Positions 32,281 to 43,222 of a stretch of 64,000 nucleotides of DNA are shown in pieces (position 1 is the first letter of the stretch; every line of letters begins with the position of its first letter). The translations under genes were made by a program, and so were the position numbers. This DNA is from Pirellulaceae bacterium (GTDB lineage: Bacteria > Planctomycetota > Planctomycetia > Pirellulales > Pirellulaceae). The notes beneath the pieces were generated by a model that had not been told where the DNA came from, did no database searches, and saw only the letters and a list, made by a program, of their open reading frames with translations. Location of the stretch: the NCBI GenBank assembly GCA_028289675.1, contig JANQOL010000444.1:2026-66025 (forward strand), written 5' to 3'.

Positions 32281-33600
32281 TTAGTTGGAACTTGGATGAT
32301 TTGCCGCACCAAGATCATGTTTGAGGCGGCCATCCACCCATACACTGCGCGCCCGACCCTGCAGTTGCTGACCCAACAAAGGTGTATTGGAGCTGCGTGA
32401 AAACAGCTGCGAAGGTTCCACCGTCCATTGCGCTTGTGGATCAATGATCACCACATCTGCGGGCTGCCCCACTCGAAGCGAACCCGCATTGATGCTCAGA
32501 ACTTGCGCTGGGTTTGTGGCTAGGCACTCGATGGCGCGCGGCCAAGTGAGTCTTCCAGGTTCAATGAGGTACGTAATGACCTGGGCGAGCGCGGTATCCA
32601 GCGTGGACATGCCAAAAGGAACGGCATCCAACTCCTGCATTTTCTTTTCCAGCGACCGGGGTTGGTGCCCGGCCGTGATGACGTCGATGGTGCCATCGGC
32701 CACGGCATCCACACACGCTCGAATATGTTCTTCGCTGCGCAGCGGCGGATTCACTTTGAGGCTGGAATCAAACGTCCGTAGCAGTTCATCTTGGAAACAC
32801 AAGTTGGCAATACGCACGCCAACGGTGACTTCGGTGCCGCGTGCCTTGCTGCGTCGGACAAGTTCGACGCTGCCCTTGGTCGAGATACTGCTCAAGTGCA
32901 GTTTGCCAGACGTCGTTTCCAGCAACCGCAAATCGCGCGACGTGGCCAGGTCCTCTGCTTCAGCCGGCATGGGTGCCAACGCGAGCACCAGTTGAGTCAT
33001 CCCTTCGTGCATGACTCCTCCGCGAGTCAGGCTGGTGACCTCCGGCCGATCCAAAATCGGTTTATCGAACATCAAGCAGTATTCCAACGCTCGACGAAGC
33101 AAAGCGGTATTGCTAATTGGTCCGGGTCCATCACTGAGCGCCACCGCTCCGGCATCCACTAGCGCGCCAATCTCCGCCAGCTCTTCGCCCCGGCGTCCCT
33201 TGCTAAGGCAGCCCAAAACGTGCACACGGCTCCGATCGGCCCGTGCCGCTTTTTGGCGGACAAATTCGACGGCGGCGGCCGTATCGATGGGAGGATCAGT
33301 GTTGGCCGCGCAGGCGATGGACGTATAACCTCCAGCGAGGGCGGCCTGGCTGCCCGTCTGAATGGTCTCGTCTTCCTCTAGACCGGGCTCGCCCAGTTCG
33401 GTCGCCAGATCCACCAGCCCCGGGGCCACAATGCACCCGCTGGCGTCGATCCGGCAAACGTCGCTAGGCAGTTCCCCATCGTTGGGATCCAGGGCGGCAA
33501 TTCGGCCCTGGTGGATCAGCAAACGTCCAACACCATCGAAGCTTTGTGCTGGGTCAATGATCCGTCCATGCTCGATTAACCAAGTTGCATCGTCGGACAC
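32281..33600 (-). CDS. pyrC: Dihydroorotase-like protein, probably inactive PyrC' (ATCase structural subunit)
   Basis: DHOase fold (KVNPPLRS, NTP..G), but metal and catalytic residues are substituted (DLATEL for DxHxH; TAGHQP for TDHAP). Confidence 0.85.
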   Translation of the reverse strand: MSDDATWLIEHGRIIDPAQSFDGVGRLLIHQGRIAALDPNDGELPSDVCRIDASGCIVAPGLVDLATELGEPGLEEDETIQTGSQAALAGGYTSIACAANTDPPIDTAAAVEFVRQKAARADRSRVHVLGCLSKGRRGEELAEIGALVDAGAVALSDGPGPISNTALLRRALEYCLMFDKPILDRPEVTSLTRGGVMHEGMTQLVLALAPMPAEAEDLATSRDLRLLETTSGKLHLSSISTKGSVELVRRSKARGTEVTVGVRIANLCFQDELLRTFDSSLKVNPPLRSEEHIRACVDAVADGTIDVITAGHQPRSLEKKMQELDAVPFGMSTLDTALAQVITYLIEPGRLTWPRAIECLATNPAQVLSINAGSLRVGQPADVVIIDPQAQWTVEPSQLFSRSSNTPLLGQQLQGRARSVWVDGRLKHDLGAANHPSSN

Positions 33601-34610
33601 TAGGCCAGCCCCTTCGTTGACTCAGTTGGCTTGGCCACGACGACTTTCGCCGTTGGGCTGGCCAACAACAACCACAAGGCCGCCATGCGGATGGCGATGC
33701 CATTGCTCACTTGCTGCAAAATGACCGAGTGTGGTCCGTCGGCGACTTCGGGCGTGATCTCAACTCCGCGGTTAATCGGCCCGGGCGCCATAATCAAGAT
33801 ATTGTCTTTGCTCTTGCGCATCCGCTCGGCGTTCATCGCATAGAGCAGCGCATATTCGCGCACCGACGGAAAAGGGCTGGCCGCCTGCCGTTCGAACTGA
33901 ATGCGCAGCAGATTCAGTACGTCGCAGCGCGGCAAAATATCGTCCAGCCGGTGGGCAACCTCGACACCCAGGGCTTCCCACTTTCGAGAGACCAAAGTTG
34001 CGGGGCCACACACGATGACATGGGCACCCAACTTCTTCAGGCCCCAAATATTCGAACGCGCTGTGCGGCTGTGCGCGATGTCCCCCACGAGCGCCACGGT
34101 CAACCCGGCCACCGAGCCGCGATTCTGCTGAATGGTCAAGATGTCCAACAGGCCTTGGGTGGGATGCTCATGGGGACCGTCTCCGGCGTTCAACACGCTG
34201 CAGTCTAAATGTTGAGCCAGCAAATCGGACGTGCCCGGCGTGCCGTGTCGGGTAACCACCGCGTCGACACCCATCGCCTCGATGGTCTTGGCAGTGTCGA
34301 TGAACGTTTCGCCCTTGGCGACGGAGGAGCCCGACGAGGAAAATTCGATCGTGTCCGCGCCTAGCCGCTTGGCGGCCAGCGAAAAACTATTGCGCGTGCG
34401 AGTACTGTTTTCAAAAAACAGATTGGCAATCGTCTTGCCGGTCAGCAATGACAGCTTACGTCCTTCTGACTTGGTCGCAGCGATGAGAACCTCGGCCACA
34501 TCCAGGATGATGGTGATGTCTTCCGGCGAAAGGCTCTCCAAGTTCAACAGATGCCGGTGCCGCCAGCCCTCGGCTAGACGGTTCAACGACACGTCGATGG
34601 GTTCCGACAT
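33600..34610 (-). CDS. pyrB: Aspartate carbamoyltransferase catalytic subunit
   Basis: [38 protein letters not shown]. Confidence 0.97.
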   Translation of the reverse strand: MSEPIDVSLNRLAEGWRHRHLLNLESLSPEDITIILDVAEVLIAATKSEGRKLSLLTGKTIANLFFENSTRTRNSFSLAAKRLGADTIEFSSSGSSVAKGETFIDTAKTIEAMGVDAVVTRHGTPGTSDLLAQHLDCSVLNAGDGPHEHPTQGLLDILTIQQNRGSVAGLTVALVGDIAHSRTARSNIWGLKKLGAHVIVCGPATLVSRKWEALGVEVAHRLDDILPRCDVLNLLRIQFERQAASPFPSVREYALLYAMNAERMRKSKDNILIMAPGPINRGVEITPEVADGPHSVILQQVSNGIAIRMAALWLLLASPTAKVVVAKPTESTKGLA

Positions 34611-34823
34611 CCACCTCACTCCACCGGTATAGGATCACCGCCAGTCACATCGTCGGCGGATGACCGTCCATTCTAGTCGCCTTGTTGCGCACGAGCCGAC
34701 GGCGGCGAATTGTAGGCCATGCCGCCACATCCTACGAGCCGTGGCCGCCTCGGCTAGAGTTTCCCGGGGAGCCAGGCAGCAACGTAAAGAGACGCGGAGA
34801 GCGTTGATGAAACGCGGAGCGCA

Positions 34824-35765
34824 TCAAGATTGTGTTTTTGCTAAATCGCGTAGTGGCCGAGGCAGCGGGAAGTGCACTTGTTCTTCGCGGATGACTTCTT
34901 CGCGTAAGGTGGCGGAGTACTGTTTGACGAGCCACCGGATGGTCGCTTGCACCACGGTCTCAGGAGCGCTCGCGCCGGCGGTTACCAGCACGCGGTCTTG
35001 AGGGGAAAACCAAGCCGGATCGATGTCGTCCACACCGTCAATCAAGTAGGCCGCCTTGCCCTGTTCGATACCCAATTCGCGCAACCGTTGGCTGTTGCTG
35101 CTGTTCTGGCTGCCGATCACCAACACCACGTCCGCGTCCGTACTAAGCATACGTACAGCTTCCTGGCGATTCTGGGTCGCGTAACAAATGTCTTCTTTGG
35201 CAGGGCCCTCAATCCAGGGAAAGCGCTCCTGCAAGCGACGGATAATGCGGTTCGCATCATCTACACTCAAGGTCGTCTGTGTCAGGTACGCCAGCTTGCT
35301 GCCCTCCGGAAATTCGAGTTGCTCCACCTGCTGCTCGTCCTCCACCAACACGATGGCCTCGGGTGCCTCGCCCATCGTGCCGATGACTTCGTCATGGCCG
35401 TCGTGCCCAATGAGCACGATCGTGTAGTTGGCCTTGGCGTACTTAATGGCTTCCAGATGGACTTTGGTCACCAGGGGACAAGTAGCGTCAATGGCGTGCA
35501 AGGATCGGGCATCCGCCTCTTCTCGAATCTTGGGCGACACTCCATGAGCTGAAAACAACACGTTGGAACCTTCCGGCACCTCGGTCAAGCTATTCACAAA
35601 GACGGCGCCTTTGGATTCAAATCGTTTGACAACGTATTGATTGTGCACGATCTCGTGATAAACGTAGATCGGTGCACCGAGGTGACGAATGGCCAAATCC
35701 AGGCTGTTTACGGCCATATTGACACCCGCGCAAAATCCTCTCGGGGCAGCCAAAATGATTTCCAT
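34824..35765 (-). CDS. ispH: 4-hydroxy-3-methylbut-2-enyl diphosphate reductase
   Basis: PRGFCAGV, SAHG, DATCPLV, QTTLS, DICYATQNRQ, SSNS, TAGASAP. Confidence 0.98.
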   Translation of the reverse strand: MEIILAAPRGFCAGVNMAVNSLDLAIRHLGAPIYVYHEIVHNQYVVKRFESKGAVFVNSLTEVPEGSNVLFSAHGVSPKIREEADARSLHAIDATCPLVTKVHLEAIKYAKANYTIVLIGHDGHDEVIGTMGEAPEAIVLVEDEQQVEQLEFPEGSKLAYLTQTTLSVDDANRIIRRLQERFPWIEGPAKEDICYATQNRQEAVRMLSTDADVVLVIGSQNSSNSQRLRELGIEQGKAAYLIDGVDDIDPAWFSPQDRVLVTAGASAPETVVQATIRWLVKQYSATLREEVIREEQVHFPLPRPLRDLAKTQS

Positions 35766-35815
35766 GCTTTTCTCTCAAACTTGCTGTGGATGATGTTCCC
35801 GGCACCAACTCAATT

Positions 35816-36901
35816 ATGCGGCAAATGGAAAACAGCTCTACGCGAGACCCCTTTTTTCTGCGCGAATTGTCCCGCCTGGGTCCCCATGATTCGGCGGTTC
35901 CGCCTGCCCGTACTCCCCCGGTGCCCGCTGGCGACCCAACCGAGCCTTCTGCAGCCCTCGACGCGACCAGTGGCTCCCCAACACACGGTTCCCAATGGAC
36001 CCTGACACGGGCCCAAGCTTACACCCGCATGTGGGCTCGTCATCAGTACGAGAACTTCACCGTCGTTAGTTTCCTGATACCACGGAGAATTCGCCAAGAT
36101 TTCTATAATGTTTACAGTTTTTGTCGTTGGTCGGACAACTTGGCGGACGAAGTGGAGGACCGGCAAGCCAGCCAGCGGCTGATGGATCAATGGCACGCTC
36201 AGTTGGAATTGTGCGCGGGTGGACAGCCCACTCACCCCGTGATGGTGGCTCTGCAGGACACAATCACCTCGCACCAGCTAGCGCTCCAACCATTTTTCGA
36301 TCTGCTGACCGCCTTTCGTCAGGATCAACGCGTCCAACGCTACGCTACGGACGAATCGCTCCTGGAATACTGTCGCTACTCGGCAAACCCGGTGGGCCGC
36401 ATTCTGCTGTCTTTGGCGTGCTCAGATTCGCCGCATCATGGCGACAAGATCACCGAAGAAATGGGGTGGCTCAGCAATCAGATTTGTACCGGTCTCCAGC
36501 TGACCAATTTTTGCCAAGACATGGCCCGTGATGCGCACATCGGTCGAATCTACGCGCCGCAATCGCTGTGGGAGCGACATGGCGTGCTCGAAGAGCAAAT
36601 TCTGCAAGCCCGCGCGACACCACAATTGCGAGCGCTGTTGGCCGAGTGGGTCGCAACCAGCCGCGGTTACCTGGAGCGTGGCCTGCCGTTGGTGGAACTC
36701 GTGCCAAGCTGGCTTGCTACCGACGTCGAGTTGTTTGCCCGAGGCGGCTTGGCTGTCCTGAAACGTATCGAGTCGCAACAGTACGACGTTTGGCGTCAAC
36801 GTCCAACACTCTCGAAAACGGGCAAGCTCAAACTGCTGGTGCAAGCGTTATGGCACCGTCGCGGGGCCGCAGCGCACCGTCTGGACGAGGTTCGATCGTG
36901 A
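35816..36901 (+). CDS. hpnC: Squalene synthase HpnC
   Basis: YENFTVVS, DNLADE, YCRYSANPVGR, CTGLQLTNFCQD. Start uncertain. Confidence 0.92.
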   Translation: MRQMENSSTRDPFFLRELSRLGPHDSAVPPARTPPVPAGDPTEPSAALDATSGSPTHGSQWTLTRAQAYTRMWARHQYENFTVVSFLIPRRIRQDFYNVYSFCRWSDNLADEVEDRQASQRLMDQWHAQLELCAGGQPTHPVMVALQDTITSHQLALQPFFDLLTAFRQDQRVQRYATDESLLEYCRYSANPVGRILLSLACSDSPHHGDKITEEMGWLSNQICTGLQLTNFCQDMARDAHIGRIYAPQSLWERHGVLEEQILQARATPQLRALLAEWVATSRGYLERGLPLVELVPSWLATDVELFARGGLAVLKRIESQQYDVWRQRPTLSKTGKLKLLVQALWHRRGAAAHRLDEVRS

Positions 36902-37815
36902 ACCGTTTAGAAGCCGACTATCAGTGGTGCCGGGACGTGTGTAGGCGTAGCAAGAGCAGTTTTGCTTCGTCATTCGCGCTGCTCGACCGGCCCAGACGCA
37001 ACGCTATGTACGCACTGTACGCGTTCTCCCGACTGGGAGATGACGTGACTGATTCCACGCTGCCCAAAGCGCAGCGCCACGAACAATTGCAGCACTGGCG
37101 TCAGAAACTGACTCTACTCCATTCGACAGAGGTTACGCCTGGCCAATCATCGCGTCTGGGACCGCCAGCACCGTTGTGGTCTGCCATCGCCGATAGTGTC
37201 CAGCGCTACGAAATCCCAATTCAATACCTGGACGAAATGTTAGTGGGGTTTTTGATGGACGTGGACCACCAGCCCTGCGGCGACTGGTCCGCGTTGCGAA
37301 ACTACTGTTACCACGTGGCGTCTACCGTAGGCATTGCTTGCACCTATGTGTGGCGGCGCGAATCGGATATCCCACTGGCCGCGGCCATTGACTGTGGCAT
37401 CGCTTTTCAGTTGACCAACATCTTGAGAGACGTGGCCGAGGACGCGCGCATGGGACGGCGTTACGTGCCCCAAACGCTCTTGGACCAGTATGGAGTGGAT
37501 CACGCGCGCTGGATGGCTGGCCGGCCCAACGGAAACTGGCAAGATCTAATTCAAAAACTGGGTGCCGAAGCCGCAGAACATTATGAGCGAGGTTGGGAGG
37601 TCTCCGAGGCGCTGACCGACGCTAGTCGTCGGATGTTCTCACTGATTTGGCGCCGTTACCGCTGCCTGCTCGACGCCGTACTGAGTCATCGAGCGAGGCT
37701 TTGGCAGCCCGCTCCAATACGCTTGTCTCGACGCACCAAGTTGATGTTGTTGACGTCGCACTTTGTGACTCCCTTCTACGCCAGGTTGCCAGCACCGTGC
37801 CCGACCCACACGTAG
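36898..37815 (+). CDS. hpnD: Presqualene diphosphate synthase HpnD
   Basis: GTGA overlap with hpnC; SSF, ALYAFSRLGDDVTD, YCYHVA, GIAFQLTNILRDV.ED. Confidence 0.9.
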   Translation: MNRLEADYQWCRDVCRRSKSSFASSFALLDRPRRNAMYALYAFSRLGDDVTDSTLPKAQRHEQLQHWRQKLTLLHSTEVTPGQSSRLGPPAPLWSAIADSVQRYEIPIQYLDEMLVGFLMDVDHQPCGDWSALRNYCYHVASTVGIACTYVWRRESDIPLAAAIDCGIAFQLTNILRDVAEDARMGRRYVPQTLLDQYGVDHARWMAGRPNGNWQDLIQKLGAEAAEHYERGWEVSEALTDASRRMFSLIWRRYRCLLDAVLSHRARLWQPAPIRLSRRTKLMLLTSHFVTPFYARLPAPCPTHT

Positions 37816-39233
37816 ACGCGCCTCGACGTCAAACAGCCCTGGTGATCGGCGGAGGTTTGGCCGGAATCGCCGCGGCACTCGCCCTGGCCCGGCATGGCGC
37901 CCAAGTCACCTTGCTGGAAGCGAAGCGCAAATTGGGAGGCCGCGCCGGTTCATACACAGCGTCAACCGGGGCTGACTCGTCGCAAGAGTACGTTGACTAC
38001 TGTCAACATGTGGGAATGGGCTGCTGCCGAAATCTGCAACAACTGATCTCATGGCTCGATCAACGACACGCCTGGGATGTCCACCGCGAACTGCATTTCT
38101 ACGGACCAGCCGGAGATTACCAGCGGTTGCGCGCCTGGCCTTGGGTGCCCGCGCCGCTGCATCTGTTGCCTTGGTTGGCTCGTTGGCCCGGACTCGATTG
38201 GAGCGATCGCATTAGCGTCGCCCGAGGCGTACTGAAAATTCGGCAGCTCGAACTGTCCGATAGCGTGGACGACATACCGGCGAAGGAGTGGTTGTCCACG
38301 CACCAGCAAACAGAGCGGGCGCTCTCTCGGTTTTGGTCCACGCTGGTGGTCAGCGCATTGGGTGAAGAGTTGTCACGCGTATCATTGCGGTCGGTCGCCC
38401 ACATGCTGCAAGTCGGTTTTCTTAAGCACCGCGAAGCGTTTCACTTGTGGGTCCCCAACCGCCCGCTGAACACATTGTTTCAGGAACTGACTTTGGACAA
38501 GCTGGCCGAGCTCGGCGTGCAAGTCAAATTGTCGACTCCCGCACAGCGGGTCCAAGACACTGGTGCGCGCGAACCACATCGGTTCCAGGTCGCCTGCCGC
38601 GATGGGAGCTATTCTGCGGACGCCGTCGTGGTGGCCATACCATGGCACCAGACGCATCAGTTGAACATCGACGTCGGACCGCCCAGCTCGCAATTGATTG
38701 GGACCTTGGACGAGGCGGCCCAGATGGGTAGTTCCCCGATTTCGGGCGTTCATTCGTGGTGGGACCGGCCCTGGCTGGAGACGCCCCACGCGACCATCGT
38801 GGGCCGCGTTTGCCAGTGGGTCTTTCCGAAAGCTTCAGGGGAATCGTCGGAGCCAGCTGATGGCGACGAGGTGTACTATCAGATCGTGATCAGCGCTTCG
38901 CGAGAGCTGCCCAAACCGTCATCGCGGGAACTCAGCTCTCTCATCCAGTCGGATTTGGCGGCCGTATTTCCTCGCGTCCGCCAGGCGCGGTTGCTGCGTC
39001 TGCGAGTCGTGACCGATCCTCAAGCAGTCTTCAGCGTCACCCCTGGACAACAGCGGCGGCGCCCCACCACGCAGACCGCCGTCTCGGGACTGGTCTTGGC
39101 CGGTGACTGGACGCGAACCGGTTGGCCGGCCACGATGGAGGGCGCAGTGCTCAGCGGCTTCCGCGCCGCCGAAGCCACGATGGAACATTGGGGACGCCCA
39201 GCTTCCATAGTTTGTGGAGATCATGTAAGTTAA
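37797..39233 (+). CDS. hpnE: Hydroxysqualene dehydroxylase HpnE
   Basis: VIGGGLAG, LGGRAGS, DYCQHV, LAGDWT.TGWPATMEGAVLSG. Confidence 0.92.
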   Translation: MPDPHVDAPRRQTALVIGGGLAGIAAALALARHGAQVTLLEAKRKLGGRAGSYTASTGADSSQEYVDYCQHVGMGCCRNLQQLISWLDQRHAWDVHRELHFYGPAGDYQRLRAWPWVPAPLHLLPWLARWPGLDWSDRISVARGVLKIRQLELSDSVDDIPAKEWLSTHQQTERALSRFWSTLVVSALGEELSRVSLRSVAHMLQVGFLKHREAFHLWVPNRPLNTLFQELTLDKLAELGVQVKLSTPAQRVQDTGAREPHRFQVACRDGSYSADAVVVAIPWHQTHQLNIDVGPPSSQLIGTLDEAAQMGSSPISGVHSWWDRPWLETPHATIVGRVCQWVFPKASGESSEPADGDEVYYQIVISASRELPKPSSRELSSLIQSDLAAVFPRVRQARLLRLRVVTDPQAVFSVTPGQQRRRPTTQTAVSGLVLAGDWTRTGWPATMEGAVLSGFRAAEATMEHWGRPASIVCGDHVS

Positions 39234-39410
39234 CGACTAAAGGAAACCAAATCCCCCTGAAAGCCCCGTAAGGGTAATCTCGCCGATGTACTGTCGCCAA
39301 ATCTTAACGTTGATGCTATTCTGAGTTTTCCCTCTCCTCTTGGGCTGGCCGCTCTCAGATTCGCCATACAAATCAAACTCAACAAATCACATTTACAAAC
39401 AGAATAAGCC

Positions 39411-41909
39411 ATGGAAGTCTTCGTTTGGTTGGTCGCACTGCTGGCGTCCATTGGTGCTTTGGTCCAAGCCTACCTGTTTTCGCAGTGGATGCTCTCGTGC
39501 GATGAGGGAACGCAGGAGATGCGAACGATTGCTTCCGCCGTCCGCGACGGGGCAAACGCTTACCTGCGCCAGCAATATATGGTGGTAACCGTTGTCTTCT
39601 TGGTGATTGCCGCATTGCTAGCGGTTGCCGCCTTCGGTTTTGGCCTGCAGAGCAAATTCGTCCCGGTGGCGTTTCTGACCGGCGGATTCTTTTCTGGCCT
39701 AAGTGGCTGGCTGGGCATGAAAACGGCAACTCAAGCGAGTTCCCGCACGGCCGCAGCAGCGAGCAAATCGTTGAACCAGGGATTAAGGGTCGCGTTTCGT
39801 AGCGGCGCTGTCATGGGTCTAACCGTCGTGGGATTGGGCCTGGCCTACATCACGATCTGGTTCGGGCTACTGTACTGGATCTTGCCGTTGGTGCTCGGCC
39901 AGCAGCAAGCTCTATCACTGGAGGCCATTACCGTGGCCATGCTGTGCTTTGGCATGGGAGCCAGCGCGCAAGCCCTGTTTGCACGCGTGGGCGGCGGGAT
40001 CTTTACCAAGGCAGCGGATGTCGGCGCCGATCTGGTTGGAAAAGTCGAACAGAGCATGAGTGAAGATTCGCCCCGCAACCCGGCCACCATCGCTGATAAC
40101 GTCGGCGACAATGTCGGCGACGTGGCCGGCATGGGGGCCGATCTATATGAGTCGTATTGCGGATCGATCTTGGCAACGGCCGCCCTGGGAGTCGCCGCTT
40201 TTGCCAGTCCCTACCTGATTCCCGATTTGTCGGACGAGGCGCGGCAGCTCAATCAACTGCACGCGATTCTGCTGCCCATGATCTTGGCGGGCGTCGGGAT
40301 CGTGCTTTCCATCGCAGGCATCTATCTGGTGCAAACCACCGAAGATGCCAGCCAGAAGAACCTACTGGCCGCGTTGGGCCGAGGCATCAATTTTTCGGCC
40401 ATCATGGTCTGTGTGGCCACGGTCGGTCTGTGCTGGTGGCTAATGCCCCGTGTACCAGGAACGATGATCGGCGTCGTTCCAGGCATCGCGATCAGTGTCA
40501 TTGTCGGCATCGCCGCCGGATGGCTAATCGGCAAGTACACCGAGTACGCCACCAGCGATGAATTCAGTCCGACGCGCAAGTTGGCTCAGCAAGCCGAAAC
40601 TGGGCCGGCCACCATTATCATCGGTGGCATCGCCGACGGCATGGGCAGCGTCTGGGCTCCGGTCATCGTGATCTGCACCGCGACGTTGATGGCCTTCGGC
40701 TTCGCCTGCGGTTGGAACCTAAACGAACCTCAGTATTTTTCACTGGGCCTGTATGGGGTAGGCATCGCCGCCGTCGGCATGCTCAGCACACTGGGCATCA
40801 CCTTGGCTACCGACGCCTATGGTCCGATCGCTGACAATGCGGGAGGGAATGCCGAAATGGCTGGCCTGGAACAGACCGTCCGCCAGCGCACCGACGCGTT
40901 GGATTCATTGGGCAATACCACCGCGGCCACGGGCAAGGGCTTCGCGATCGGATCGGCGGCCCTGACAGCGCTGGCCTTGTTGGCCGCGTACGTGGAAGAG
41001 GTGCGAATCGGCTTTGAACGTTGGGCGGGCGAAACCGTCGCCACCGTCGTCGAGGATGGCCTGTATAAAGTGTCCCCTGGCTTTGTCATTTCCAAACACG
41101 GCGACCACACGCACTCTTTCTTGGCGATGCCGCATTTGATTCAAGACGAGCGGATTCGAGACAGTTGGACGGCTCTGGATTTCTCACGCGGTCCTGTCCG
41201 CATTCCGGAAACACTGATGGCGGTCCGCGATGGAGAGCATGGCGCGATCGCGACGATGGTGCCGTCCGGGGGACAGTTGGTGGACGTACATTTGGCCACG
41301 CTCATCGACTTTACTAACTACTACGATGCATCGGTAATGAATCCTCGCGTGTTGATCGGGCTGTTTATCGGCGCCATGGCCACATTCGTCTTCTGCGCGT
41401 TGACGATGAAAGCCGTTGGCCGGGCGGCGCAAGGTATGGTCGAAGAAGTCCGGCGACAACTCAGGGAAGCTCCCGGTATCCTGACCGGCGACGTCAAACC
41501 CGATTACGCACGGCCGGTTCACATCAGTACCAAAGCCGCGCAGCTGGAAATGGTATTGCCCGCCATTCTAGGTTTATTGACACCTTTAGCCGTCGGCTTG
41601 TTACTCGGCGTTGGCGGTGTTCTCGGGCTATTAGCCGGCTCGCTGGCAACGGGCTTTTGCCTGGCCATCTTCATGTCCAACTCGGGCGGTGCTTGGGACA
41701 ATGCGAAGAAGTACATCGAAAGCGGTGAACTGGGCGGCAAAGCGTCCGAAGCGCACAAGGCGTCCGTCGTAGGCGACACTGTAGGTGATCCTTTCAAGGA
41801 CACGTCCGGCCCCAGCCTCAACATCCTGATCAAACTGATGAGCATGGTCAGTGTAGTCGTCGCCGGTCTGGTCGTTCGATTCTCTGCTGTTGCGCTAGGC
41901 TGGCTTTAG
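39411..41909 (+). CDS. hppA: Membrane-bound K+-dependent (likely Na+-translocating) pyrophosphatase
   Basis: [54 protein letters not shown]. Confidence 0.95.
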   Translation: MEVFVWLVALLASIGALVQAYLFSQWMLSCDEGTQEMRTIASAVRDGANAYLRQQYMVVTVVFLVIAALLAVAAFGFGLQSKFVPVAFLTGGFFSGLSGWLGMKTATQASSRTAAAASKSLNQGLRVAFRSGAVMGLTVVGLGLAYITIWFGLLYWILPLVLGQQQALSLEAITVAMLCFGMGASAQALFARVGGGIFTKAADVGADLVGKVEQSMSEDSPRNPATIADNVGDNVGDVAGMGADLYESYCGSILATAALGVAAFASPYLIPDLSDEARQLNQLHAILLPMILAGVGIVLSIAGIYLVQTTEDASQKNLLAALGRGINFSAIMVCVATVGLCWWLMPRVPGTMIGVVPGIAISVIVGIAAGWLIGKYTEYATSDEFSPTRKLAQQAETGPATIIIGGIADGMGSVWAPVIVICTATLMAFGFACGWNLNEPQYFSLGLYGVGIAAVGMLSTLGITLATDAYGPIADNAGGNAEMAGLEQTVRQRTDALDSLGNTTAATGKGFAIGSAALTALALLAAYVEEVRIGFERWAGETVATVVEDGLYKVSPGFVISKHGDHTHSFLAMPHLIQDERIRDSWTALDFSRGPVRIPETLMAVRDGEHGAIATMVPSGGQLVDVHLATLIDFTNYYDASVMNPRVLIGLFIGAMATFVFCALTMKAVGRAAQGMVEEVRRQLREAPGILTGDVKPDYARPVHISTKAAQLEMVLPAILGLLTPLAVGLLLGVGGVLGLLAGSLATGFCLAIFMSNSGGAWDNAKKYIESGELGGKASEAHKASVVGDTVGDPFKDTSGPSLNILIKLMSMVSVVVAGLVVRFSAVALGWL

Positions 41910-42224
41910 GCGCAGTTGGCTTTGAGCGCCGCTACCTAGCATGCCATGTTCTCTTCATTGGCCATCCGTTCCTGGGCCATCCAGGGCTCCGTCCGTCGTG
42001 TCAGTCTTGCGCGGCGTCGATCTGGCGGCGCCTAGTTAGCGAACACCCTGTGGGGGTTTCTGTCACCGGTCGTAGCGGGACGATGTCTTCGTTCTGAGTT
42101 TCATTGACGAGATATCCACGGACGAGTTCCGAGGCCACGCTCATCGGCTGGCACCCATTTTCTTGGCTGCTGGCCGCCTCCAAGCTCCCGCTCAAGTCGA
42201 CTCAATCTTTTTCTTAGAATTTGT

Positions 42225-42253
42225 TTGACACGCTCCATACCACCTGCAATAAC
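42225..42253 (+). promoter_or_regulatory. Candidate sigma70 promoter for the four-gene cluster
   Basis: Perfect TTGACA, 17-bp spacer ending in TGc, then AATAAC (weak -10), in an AT-rich stretch about 150 bp before ATG 42401. Confidence 0.35.
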
Positions 42254-42400
42254 TACATACTTAGGGTGGTTCGATAATTTCGATATGGGTATTTATGGCG
42301 ATTTTTCGCGATACACACCGCTCGAAAGTGCTGGATTATCCAACTTAGCAACCTTTGGATGTGCCAAGGGTCAACTCATTTCCCGACTAGGAGCAGTCTC

Positions 42401-43054
42401 ATGTCAGTTGCCGAACTCGCTGTCGCCAAACCACGAACTCACGAAACCCACCTTCGTCCGACCAATGTCAGCGGACACGTCATTGGGCTCAGCTTCAACA
42501 CGCTGCCGGGCAACAATCCCAGCAAGTTCGCCAATTCGGTCTACATCTGGCAGAACTCAAACCAGATTCCCTGGGGGTCGAAACCACTGAACATGCAACA
42601 GGTGGGCACCAGCACTCCTGACGGAGACCTGCAGTTCAAGGACTTGGACGTGACAGTGAACAGCTACATCATCGGTTACGCGGTTGGCCCAGACGTGACA
42701 AACATCTGCGCTAGCTCGTTTGTGCCCAAGATCGGCGACACGAGCGACAAACCGGTGAATCAGTCTCTGTCGATCAGCGTCGTCAACATTGGCGCCAACT
42801 CACTGGCCATTGGTTACAACGCGCTTCAAGGCTACGCCCCATCAACCGCACAGAATTGGCTGGGCTTGTGGGAAAGTTCATCACCTTCTTACACGGTCGA
42901 ACCCCAGTGGAAAACCGAGCCCGACGGTGATTCTCCAACAGGTGTTGCCGCGTTCAATAACATCACCATCGTCCGCGGCGGGACGTATACCGTCGCCTAT
43001 TTCATGGGTCCCAAGCAAACGACGATGGCGGCCACGCTTACGTTTACCGTGTAA
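42401..43054 (+). CDS. Hypothetical protein A: tandem two-domain beta-sandwich protein
   Basis: AGGAG RBS; internal duplication (FNTLPGNNP...VYIWQ and YNALQGYAP...WLGLWE); paralog of the next gene. Confidence 0.8.
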   Translation: MSVAELAVAKPRTHETHLRPTNVSGHVIGLSFNTLPGNNPSKFANSVYIWQNSNQIPWGSKPLNMQQVGTSTPDGDLQFKDLDVTVNSYIIGYAVGPDVTNICASSFVPKIGDTSDKPVNQSLSISVVNIGANSLAIGYNALQGYAPSTAQNWLGLWESSSPSYTVEPQWKTEPDGDSPTGVAAFNNITIVRGGTYTVAYFMGPKQTTMAATLTFTV

Positions 43055-43222
43055 GCCCACCGTAGTGTTCCGCCTCGATCGGTAGCGAACAGCACTTTGG
43101 TGCTGTTCGCTCTTTCGGCTCCTCCCGGGTCCGTGCGTGAACGCCCAGCGCGGACCAACAGTTTGCGGGCTCAGCGCTCGCAACAGCAACTGCCACCCCC
43201 TGCCCGTCTGAGAGATCTAGCG

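Noticed and set aside
34620-34823. pyrR or its remnant upstream of pyrB
   Set aside because: Only about 200 bp, with no PRTase-like translation seen.
36568-36897. Long N-terminal extension of hpnD (and similarly hpnE from 37647)
   Set aside because: Overlaps the upstream gene; GTG starts at 36898 and 37797 fit the families.
39234-39410. Possible Na+ or c-di-AMP riboswitch upstream of hppA (CCC-GTAA-GGG and TCTGAG/CTCAGA hairpins)
   Set aside because: Could not match a known consensus by eye; an Rfam scan is needed.
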